DNA from: Lingula anatina
Taxonomy: Eukaryota; Animalia; Brachiopoda
Length of the DNA: 64,000 nt
Direction of reading: 5' to 3'
Assembly (NCBI GenBank): GCA_051362555.1
Contig: CM120643.1
Span: 14,420,644-14,484,643 of the forward strand
The position numbers were made by a program, and so were the translations under genes. Shown here one piece after another: positions 38,587 to 50,500 of this stretch. Under the pieces are notes generated by a model. The model worked only from the letters and a program-made list of their open reading frames with translations, searched no databases and was not told where the DNA came from. The first letter of the stretch is position 1; the number at the start of each line of letters is the position of its first letter.

Positions 38587-41578
38587 TTCAGTATATTGGT
38601 TGAATATGGAAACTATAGTTTAAGAAACCCCTCTCTCTTTTAAAGTAAAAGAAAGCAACCGAGACAGTTAAAAAACATTCCTTCATCGGTGTTGCTTTGA
38701 AAAAAGGACTGACGTAACAGTAAGGAATTACACGACTGTAGAAATATTTTTAAAAGCGTTTATATTCAATTTCGGATGTCTTCAATATCTTCATTATTAC
38801 GACATTCTTGATACTAGACCGCTTATCAATAATTGCTTATTTAGCTGATCAAATTTTTTTTTTTCTGCAAGACAACTTAACTTTCTTTTATTTTAGATTT
38901 AAGATTAACAAATGGTTTCCAAATCATTGTTTTTATTATTTACTATTTTATTCATTTAATTGTAACTATGTATTATTTATTTATTAATTACGAGGCCAAT
39001 GTAATAACCTTACCCTCCTCAAAGGCGCATGAATATTATGTGATTTGAACTGTTTATCAAGACAGCTCATTACATCCAAATTAGATTCCACATGCGGTTT
39101 CCTGTTTTTCCGTGCCACAGATTACCACCGCTGCTTTCATTTATTAGCAATCTTCACCACTCATTTTAATACATAATGCATAGCTGTAAAGCGGTCTTCT
39201 CGTGATTTTTCACTTAAAATTATATTCGAAGATGTTTGGAAAAAGAAAGTCTCTACAGACTCTCTCGCAATGTGTCATTGGCAAAAAAAAAAAAAAAAAA
39301 ACCTTTCAGCGTTGTTTGAGTAACCGCACAGCGTTCTTTTGATTTTGTCAAAAGTATTTGCATATACATAATGACGCAGAGGGCGTTAGCGTGTACACAT
39401 GCATGTAAATGCGGTTCTCTTTACCTGCCGGTTTTAACGTGAATACCTGGATCTCTAGAATCATTGAACTTTTGAAATTAAAGACTTGGAGCCTACCATG
39501 ATATACTGTAGGACATGCTACGCAGCTTGGTACAAAACACTCTGTAAAAGTCTGTTCAACCGTTCATGTGCGTGCAGGTTTGCTCATGCGCATTCTTTCT
39601 ATCGTTGCGCTTGCGCCAGAAGCGTGCACAAGAACAAAACATCAGTATGTAGTTTGCGGTATCTTTCTTTATTGTAAATACATGAACCTGATACCTGAGA
39701 ACGCTGTAGACTAGAAACGCCCACGGTAGGCAACTGCAAAGTCTGTGGCGATAACTTGGAAATGACATTTATATAACTGGCAATTATCTCTGCTTGTTTT
39801 ATTTCAGATTTCCAATGAAATCTTGATCGAGGTCTGTGCAAGCTGGAGTTTGCAGTAGATATTACATGTTGCCAGACAGCGGAGTAGGTTAGATACAGCT
39901 GAGCTTCTCGAAATGTGCGGTATGTAAAGTAGACCACAAAGAACCATAAAAACACATTCGATACTTACTTCATCTGAGAAGTGCTGTTTATTATATGGAT
40001 TATTGTCAATGAGAGGCGAACTATTAACTATGTATACATACATGTATATTGTATTCAGTGACGCCCGCCATCAATACCATTAAACGCGACGGAACTCTTA
40101 CCACTTCGTGTAGCAGTATTGCATGGCAACAAACGGAGCGTGTTCACAGGGGTCACTCACACGGCTTGATACCGATTACGGAATGCAAGAGGTTTAGGGC
40201 ACCTGTTTCTCCCCAGAGAACGAGTCATTTGGCGTTTCAACATTATACACTAAGAGTAAAATCTCGTCCACGCTGTCACGCATTTGTGCAGCTATTGAAA
40301 TTGAGCACAGTCATTTACGCACCATTCCAAAGTGAATAGGACGAAAACAGGGATCACAAAACCAACGTTGGAGTATCTCGGTGCTAAATACAATTAGTTT
40401 TCTTCGAATTTCAATTGATTTACTCTGCAATCAGTCATAATGTACCACGTTCATCTATCAGTTGACTTTGATTTGCTTTGCATTAGGACAAACTGAAAAA
40501 CATGCCGCATGTGATAAGCGTTTGAGCGGTAGTAAATTACCTAGTAATTAAACAAGTGGATGGAGCCTTTGTCGATACGGCCCCATTTCATTTGTCACTT
40601 TGGTCTTTGCTGATTTTATGTAAAAAGAAACATAATGAACGTGCCACACTTGTTATAAACTGCGTAGATGATTGCAGGCGATAACAAATGTAGACATTTT
40701 TAAAGATAGATAAGTAAACGGTGCTTACACTGCTGCATAGGCATTTGACGTTTAGAGATGCTGTGACTTTATGGACGTACAGTTATCACTGAAATACCAG
40801 AGTCATAGTGATTTATTCTACGGTCAATATCGTAAAATCTTCATTGTCATCAATAATTTGACGGTATGAAAATTCGGTGTCCGTACAATCAGAAATCATA
40901 GATCAGTGATGTCACCTAATACCGCTTTGTTTCTGTTCTAGATTGGAACTTTGTAATCAAGAAGATAGTAATTGGGATTACGGCAGCACTTATATTATTA
41001 CTGTGGACGACGTAAGCAAATAACAAGGACCTACGACAAAAGAAGAAATATCACGTTGCTGATTTGTAGGTTCAGAAAGAAGTGATTGAAGGAAATAGCC
41101 ACGACACAGAGGCCAATCTTTAGGGCATTAACAAGAGACAAACGAGGTTCTCTCTATTAAGCTTGGTTTACGTTTCAGGAGTTTTGGTTTTGGCTGATAG
41201 CCACCATCGCATGGAACAAATCTACCAATTGTCGCCAAATGAATGTATGGCGCCAGTTTCGACTTGCCAATGACGTTTTACAATGACATGCTGTCGCAGC
41301 ATTACAATGACCTTTCAAGGTAACGAGTCAAGATCCCATTTCTGGAGCAACGATATTTATCAAGTGCAGTTTTGCTGTTTATGCCAAAATTCCTTTTTCT
41401 TTGCCGTTTGGAGAACCTGACTAAGTGAACAAGGGGCATTTTACTTAGTTGTTGTCGAGAATTACTTGAAATTGAAGGGAAAGATATAGTCGAATCTAGC
41501 TACGAACAACAAACATATATACGAAGGTTAAACTTTGTTTTCTATCCGATAAATTAAAAAAGAGAGTTTGGCAGATCA

Positions 41579-44500
41579 ATGTTTGGAGTAACAAATGCCA
41601 CGTCTATGTTGTATACGGAGCTAATGCTGTGCTCACGTTCGACGACGGAGGGGGACGTTCCCGCTTTTACGTCGAAAGAACTTGTTGGAAACGCCTGCGT
41701 CACAGTTCTGTTTGTCTTAACATTTGTCCTGACCAAATCAGCATGGGACCAAATACGGAAACAATACTTTTCCAAAATCACAGTAGTCGTCATTGGGGCT
41801 GGTCCCATCGGGCTCTCTGCCATGTTGATCGCCGCAAAAACATCCAAGGTGGCCAGGTTGATCCTTTACGAGGAAAAATGCCGTTACGACTTGATTAACC
41901 GACCCCAGCAAATCGCCTTGGACGCCCGGAGCGTGGCATTTTTGCGGCAAAAGGGGGTAGACTTTGAGAACATTGAAGGGTGTTGGGGAAACCAGTGCTT
42001 TTTCACCAGAATCGGGATTTTCCAGGAGTACTTACTGAGTGCCATTGACCAGCTTGAAATCCATTCAGTTATCAAGCTGAATACAAAGGTGAGTGTTGAT
42101 TTATTGGAGACCACTTCGTTTAAGTATGCGGCTTTACGCACATGCAGTGCGTTGATGGCTTGATTGGTTCTGCAATCTTAAGATCTGCCTGTTATTTAAC
42201 GGTATGCACATGCCAGTGCGATTTTTATACCTCTGAAGTTCCTGTGATTTGTGTATATGTTGAAATGATTACATCATCCAGTGCAGCGCCAGATTAAGAA
42301 TAAAACACGAAACTGTTGAACTTGAGGCTTGAAAGGTCTTGCTATTGAAATCCACTTCAACAGATGTGTTTTACCTGTGGAAGGTGTTAATGGAACGTGG
42401 TTGCAGAAACGTAGCATTCTAACATATAAAATTTCCAAGAAGCAAGAATTAAATGTACACGCAGTAGTTATATGGATTGTTAAGAGCGTGCTTGGGTGTA
42501 TATAAGTGGGTATAATAACCACTGTATAATCTACACGTTTGAATTAATATGCACTTCTTTTTACACGTGTTACATAAACTAATACCACTCACTGTGCTGC
42601 CGGAACCATCTAGATGAGTTTTTTTTTTATCTTGCATTCGATATTGCTAAATTAATTGAATACGTAGATGGTTATCCATAACTCTCGAGTTTACGCCGAG
42701 TGCTCTAACTGTTCTTAAAACTCTGCCTTTATCTGAGTTATGGCACGCTTTTCATATTATCTTTGAATATCTGCAGTGTGATGAATTCGTTTGATGAAGG
42801 CATATTCCTGTGGTGAGTCAAATCACATAGGCCCGTTTTTTTCTTAAATAGATTAAAATTTGATGAATTGTTCAATGGAGCGTATGTGATGTAATGCCGC
42901 TTCCCCCTTAGCGTTTCCCTATGTACAATATGCAGAACATTTGGAGACACTGCGTATCTTCTTCTTAGTTACACTACTTACTTAAATCAATGTCGAACGT
43001 GAAAAAAAAATACATGTAAGATTATGTTTAATCAAGGACATGATGCTAGTCTACCTGCAGCATCATTTCCACTGTTATGTATGGCACTTCCTTACAAGAC
43101 CGCGTTATTCCGTAATAACCGGAGCCGTTATTATGAAAACCTGCAGTAATTGGAAACTACACGGCTGTCAGGTCGCATCAGTCTTAAATATGTTGACAAC
43201 GAGAGCAACCTGCCTATAAGCACACATAGAGATCTAGCTCACCAAAGAGTTATAGCCAGAAAAAAAATCGACAAAACTTTTTGCGTGTCCACTAGATAAT
43301 GAAGGTAGTCGACTTAAATAAAAGACACACTGCGCCTGTTTTATTATAACAGGAGAGGCAGGGCTAATGTTTCATGCCAATTCTGACTTTAGCAAGTGGA
43401 CACCTATGGTTTATCTTGAACTGAAGTGACTAAAGTTTGTATCTAAAAGTTTAGACCAATTTGGGGGTATATATAGCTGTTTTGTGAAGCCGCCCCTGAT
43501 CACAAGGGACATGACATTACAGTATGGGCGGTATTGAACTTACACCACAGACAACCTCGTGAGAACGATCTTTGGTTAGGGATTTTTTTGTCATTTATAA
43601 GTGAGTTTAGACAAATCAGTAAGTCGTAATGAAGTTAGCAGTATGCTTCGCAACCGACAAAGGCAATGTTCATTATGTACGCTCGCGTCCCATCAAATTG
43701 GGCCGTTCTTTTATCTGGCACGTTAACGTGTTTTTTTAGCTTCCTTGAGCTCTAGTTCCAACCAGAAAGGTCTTCTCATTTTCTTTTATCTATAGCACTT
43801 GCGTGATGCCAATGAAGCACAGTTTGAGGAGGCAAGGCTTTTGAAGCCAACAGGGAGTTTTGTGTTTTTTGATCTGTACCGTACCGCGTACATCGTGTTT
43901 GACATTGGTATCTGTGTGCATGTTGCGTGAGAAAGACAAATCACTTCGTAATAGTTTTTCTAGAACAGATTACCTGAGTTACTTGCCATCAATCAGACGG
44001 GGATTATGTGCATATATGCGGCTACAATGTACATTCATAAATGCAGGCAACATTACTGTTATTACTAAAAGTTTTTTTAATGCGAAGCAGTTTCTTTTTT
44101 TATCAAAAAATCAAAAGAATATAAAAGTTCGAACACACAGAGATTAACGAGAGCGCATATGGCAATGAAACACTTTCTGTCCAAACGACATTTAAAAAAA
44201 TTAACGTAATGCATTTTTAACAAAACGTGTTTATTTTATAAAAACATGAAACTGAAATTGGCTGCAAGGTATGAGTATTGTAAACATACAAGTTCTACAT
44301 GTAGGCCTTCAAAAAACCTATTCATATGATACCAACAACAGTCGAGAGGATCAGGAAGTTGAATAAGATATTCAACGAGGTCGTTGTAAGATGATCAAAA
44401 ATACCACTGATACTTGACATTTTTGTAACAAAGACTATTTCATCAATAAAAGGCTGTTGAAATAAAATATTGAAATATAAAAGAAAAACTGAGTTCGTTC

Positions 44501-47500
44501 TATCTATTTGACACATGGCTTTATATGTTTGTTATTGAGGTGACCATGTAAGTTAAAGCAAAAACATTTCTTAGGACAACAAATATCATTGTCTGGGTGA
44601 TGAGTCCCTCGCCAAAAAAACGTTGATTACAAAATCTCGTGCTGTTGATTATGGAATCGATAAGTTTTTAATGAATGCCTGAATAATGGCCTTGAATAAT
44701 AGATGGTTACACAATGGATAAAGGTTAATGCTCATTCGAACGGAGTACTTTGACTTAATTAATCGTCACCTTAACCTTAAAATAGGAAAATATGAGTTGC
44801 CATTCTCTAATGGTGCATGTTGGGCACTGTACTCGTAGATGTTAGAACAACAACTGTGTTTCCAACAGTATAGTTTGCTAAATAAATAACGCCTTGATAT
44901 ACCGTTCGGCGTATTACTGAATGTGAATAACATCCGGCATGGATGCAAAATGGAAACGAAAGTCAAAATTGCGTAGAATGTGAACATGGTTCAGCGAACC
45001 CTTACGATTATACGGCCTAATGACAGATACATTTACGTATGCTGTCTTGAAATGGGCATTCTGCCACTGTAATTGAAATAGCTTTACCAATGTTTAGCCT
45101 TAATAAATACCCCCCTCACACACACGCACACACACACACACACGCCGATTCAACTGTGGTGTTATACTTACGTATGTTCCTCAATGAGGACATAAAAATG
45201 TAAAAGCCAAACGGGTTTCACATAATTGGTGTTGGCAATCGTTTCAAAAATATATGATCAATCTAGGATAGCGGAACATTACCCATTTAGTATGATCTTC
45301 TATAAGGAGTGTGATTGTCTCAAACGTTTACGAGTAGATAGTCCTGTCAAATCAGTATGTCGTTTTAAAGAAGTGTTTTTTATTCGTAATAAAAAAGATC
45401 GAAAGTCGGTATTTCATCCTTATAATGGAACGATTGATAAATTTATAGGCAGGCAATTTAAGCCACAGTAGACTGCAGATTAATTCTGTCAAACTGTGAC
45501 ATTGGTAAGTGCCATTTCAGCTTTCAAGCACAAAATGATTTTCTGAGGACGGAAACTTCACGGAGGCCTGCATTATCCTAACCAGACACTTTTCTTTTTT
45601 TCGTGATATTTATAATCTTTTTAAAGGACAGTAAAATCGTTTAAAGACGGTTTTATTGCGTCGAGCTTCATAAATCAATCAGGACCGTCTGGCTGTAAAA
45701 GGTTGCAAAACCTTGTATATGGCATGGTTGACTCATGTAGGATGTTGTGGCTGGTGTCCCCAGAGTATCATGCCTGGCTCGCTGAAGACGGCGTTTTTCG
45801 ATCATGCATAGAAATCAATAGATATATACTATTAGACTCTGAACCCGCTGTGGTTTGCCCAACAGCGTCGTCCAGACACACATTTAAAGAGATTTTTTTT
45901 TCTTTTCATTCTGGTAGAGTAAAATCTTTTTAACAAGGTATCATTTACAGAAAGTCATATTGCGTCAAGACAAATCCATTGGTTTAAGGACTTTGAGTCG
46001 CTTCAAGGGAGTATCATAGCTTGCATGTAGAAAGAGCCCTGCACAATCGTTTCATATTGCTTTTGATGGATTAAACGCAAATAAACCAAATAAACATCGT
46101 GTAATTCTAAAGGTTAATAGAAACAACTATCCAACTATACACACAAACGCAGTGTTCTGCCTTATTTTTTTCTCGAATATACATAAAAGGCCGTTTCACG
46201 CTACTTTTTAGCTTCATGGACTACACAGTGATTATTTGAAAGATGTATTGGCCATCTGCACACTGACATTCCAAACAGTGAAGGGTTACATTTTACGTTT
46301 TATTTCATTAAAAATCGTTTGATCTTCCTATGCCGTCTAGGGAGGAAACCTTTTAACGCACACTAGCGTGAGATGGCTACACATCAGTACTAATGGTTTT
46401 GCGGATTTTGAATGAACAGGAACTAATTGTATGGATTCCATATTTTACCATTGTTCTTGGCTTTTATGACAAGTCCGAATCGTTGCTTCTAATCTATAAT
46501 CGGATCCAACCCTAAATTCACCGTATCTTCACAATAGTATAGTGCTTTGTCGACTTTGCATTTTTGAAATCACATACATCTCAGTGTTACATCAACATAC
46601 TATACCTGTAGTTCTTTAGTTCTTGTGATATGCCATTACACAGAACATAGGATCTAAATTATTAGATACGAAGATTATGGACTAATTTTGCTGCCCAATA
46701 GAGTATGTATGGTGTATACTATTAGATTAATTTGTTGTGCCTCTACTTTCTCTTCTAATTGCATTCTTTAGCGCATAGTCTTTCTTTCTCTATGGCTGCA
46801 TACATTTGGACTGATTATTGAGTTATAATAATGGGGCAGGGGTTATTTCACCCCCAATGGGAACTTTAAATTGACAGGAAAATGTAGTTTGATTTAGATT
46901 ATATTAGAATGATGAATGATTCACGGTTTTTAGCCACCAAATTCTAAATCGCATATCTGCAGGTGTGACTGTGATGGCAAATTAAATATGTGTCAGTGGT
47001 GAAATCGTTATTCCATTTGAACAAAACGGAACTGTTGCACTATTGAAATATTTCGTTATTACGTTTATTCGGCATAATTCCTGTAGATAATATTTACAAT
47101 GTAAGAGAACAGAAACAAACGTGGTTGAGCTACAGTCACTAGAAGTCCTTGGCAAGGTAGTTGTTATGAATTAGTACGACTTCCAAGAGCAAACAGAAAT
47201 AACATTCCTCTTACATTATATAAAGGTGATCTTGAATTGATCACCTTTATATAATGTGATCTTGAATTGATCGCTTAAGTAATTGAAACAATCGTTACTT
47301 CTACTATAAACATCTGTAAGCTGCATTTGTTGTTTTGGATGTGCGATTTTTTACATAAACCATAGCTACTGGTAGTTGTCAACGGAGCAGCATAAGTAAC
47401 GCTATATAAGCATGTTATTTTATCTACGGCGTTTCTTCCAACATGTTACGAACCGTCGCCATTTCCGATGCAGATTTTATCGGTCACGGATCTTACGCTT

Positions 47501-50500
47501 GTTTTTACTACATAACACTTACTTAAGTATAAAAAGCATATATCAGAGGACGACATGACGCGGAGAGAGGTTTGGTAATGGTAATGGTTTTGTGATTAGG
47601 ATAGGTGAAATTGAACATGTAATATTTATACAAAATACATCTGTGACGTGAAATTCCGTGCCTGAAAAATCAATGGTTTTTGACATATTGTATTTTGAAT
47701 GATATTTTTTGTTTTGTTTTGATTTTACGGGAGTTCCTCATATTCGCTCTTGGTTAGTATCGGGTTGACGGAATAAAGATAAAGAACCCTTAGTTACCTA
47801 TGCAGATATTGGTTTATGTTTTACAAAGTAATTTTTTGCTTAGAACAATATGTAATTGATTAAGACACTTTAATGGAAGTTTAAAAACATATTTACTTAT
47901 TCAAATATATTTGAACATATATTTAAAAACTCTGTATATTAATTAAACAATCATGCATCGGGAAAAGTTAACATATATCCTTTGAGACATGTTACCATTT
48001 GCTAATAATGCCACCAGACTTGTAAACACATTAGATACAGTGGGAACCAATGACGGTCGGAATAAAATCAGGCATGGGTTTAGGTTTCACTCTATGCTTT
48101 CTACGGTGCATTTAGATGTGGGTAATGGCTTCGCCCATGCCTTTTAGCATTTGCGTGACATCCCAAGAGATCCAGATAGAGATATTCATGAACAAGCACT
48201 GGGCAATGCTAGCATACATGCATATTCAAGCCATGTGCACTGTTTGAAGGATGTACAAATGGTCCAACACACAAGGCGGCTAAAAAAAAAAAAAAAAAAA
48301 ACAGGGACAGGCGGTCAGACGGGAACCGTAACATGTTTGAAGCAGTTGACAGTAACGAAGAGTCTGCATCCTAAAGCACCTGTATTGGACTTCTAAGTTT
48401 ATCACATTTGCAAAATTGCTAAGATTCTGTGTAAGGTCATCGTTCTAACGGCAATCATGTTATGCTATTTTTTTAGCAACTATATAAACTGATATCCAAA
48501 TAGGCTTTATTGTGTCTTTATTGTCTTTCATTGCCCCGTGTAGCGTACAAACTTGCTAGGAGAGAAATGGTGAAACAAGTTGCTTTGAAACTCCGAGTAC
48601 GATGTAATGCTCCGAGATCTAGCGGATTCAAGAACTTTAGAAATCCCGGAAATTAGTGAATGGGATTGTTAACCATTGCTTTGATGTGGTTTGAAATACA
48701 TTACTTGGAGCATTCATTTCATTCTTTTATTGACACTTTTTTTATGTTCTCTTTGCATTATTCTATTCGAGTTCGTTTCCTGAGATTGAGTATCTCTTTG
48801 CGTCTCATGGGTCCGATCTGCACCAGTTCCAAAATTTAATTAGCGTCTAGCTGTCGGGCAACGGTCAATCAATTAGATCATTTCCATAGTTCAAACTATG
48901 TTTCTGTCACTCCGGGGAAACTTGGTAATTGGTAACTGCCTGTAAGCATTAGGAACACAGCAAATCTTATCGCGCAGGTTGATTGAATTGTTCAAAGATA
49001 CCAGTACGAAATCTTTGGGTGACACGGCGACTGCGCGTGTTCTTAAAGGTCACGTACATGTAGATGAGACGTTTGTTAGGAAGAGTGATCGAATTAGCCA
49101 AAATGAGAGAGTGATTGGGCTATGATTGAAAGTGGTTCTACCTAACACGCGAGAGAGTGAATGGCCCCAGGTGAAGATAAGTAAGAATAATTTGCCATCG
49201 TTAACTTATCAAGTTTCCGTCCCTAGGATTAAAAAAACGATTTGCGTCCTTTTTTCAAATGCCCTCAAAGTCCTCACTAGAACCTGCACATAACGTGATT
49301 TATGTTTAAATCAATAAATTCCCTTTCACTTCGGAGTCCAGGGTAGCCATTACTTCGTCATCTGACAGCTCAAAGTTCAATCAATCACGATATTGTGTAT
49401 TCTGCATCCCGTTTTATACATTACTTTATAACTCGACATTTGATCAATCAGCTGCTCAATACTGCCCAGTTTGCAATGTCTCTGGTCTTCTTATGATTTA
49501 TACACTTCATTTGGATAGGGTCCCATACGTGTGATAATGGACTTGAGCCGAAGTGGGTAGTTTGTTGGTCCGCTTTCTACATTGATCGGCTAAGGTCTGG
49601 CTTTAACATATTTGCACCTAGAGAAAATTGTAGGAAATTAGTAAAAATGCACGCGTCCAGTTCCTTCATACCAATAACATCGAGTATGTGTCTTTCTCTT
49701 CCTGAAAGTTGCCATTCCCTTTCCAATTGTCCATTCTTATCTAAACATTCTGTCGACTTCCTTATTAGTTGGTAGCCTATCAAATTATACACATATCGTT
49801 TTATAAGTGATAGCTATACTATCCTATGTCCAACATGATGGACGTGCCAGAACTCTCTTGTCTGTACTGTCTATCCGTACAGTAATTCCTGCGTTATTGT
49901 CGATATGGTTAATACCATATTTGATGAACAGTGATATTTGCACTGATATCGCAGTAGTAGTTTCCATTGGCAATGTAATAAATCTATATTACTTCGCACA
50001 GAGAGACGCCCAGTGTACTTTATAATCACTGAAAACCATGGCAATAGGATATTGCAGGAAATTGTCTGGGTTCGGCATCCATTAGTTTTGTAAGCGCTAG
50101 AGTAAATTTTACCGGTGCGTGCATTTTTCTTTCTGTTATTCAGTATTGTAAGCGCGGATTGATTCTATAGAGGGAAAAGGTCGAAAAACGGTTGTTAAAG
50201 TTGTGGGATGGGAGGGGTAGTGTGAAGTGGCAGACAGCCCCCCGTGATAGAGAGTCCGGTTCTTATTAACTTGCACAAGTAAGCCTCCCCTTGGTGTTTG
50301 ACCCACTTACGTCAAACTAACCCTAAGCTGTATAATAAAATGGAGAGTGGACTTTCTGTTACACGTACCCTCAGTTTCGTCACAACTGGTATTTTTTTTA
50401 TTTTTATCTTAAGTAAAAAGGTGCATGTGCAGTACTATGCAAGGCGAATAAAAATCTGAAGGAAACATATTTAGATAGAGAGACAAAGTAGGTCAAAGAA

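Larger units (their letters stand above)
37505..39283 (+). repeat. Two dispersed direct copies (~37505-37595 and ~39201-39283) of an ~85-bp sequence
   Basis: Both copies read CGTGATTTTTCACTT..AATTATATTCGAAGATGTTTGG..AAAAGARAGTCTCTACAGACTCTCTCG...ATGTGTCATTGGCA. Confidence 0.85.

Noticed and set aside
17200-40900. Numerous 60-118-aa ORFs between the cyclase and the monooxygenase
   Set aside because: None shows a protein motif or a chain of phase-compatible splice sites. Several come from microsatellites or homopolymers. Short or non-coding exons could have been missed.
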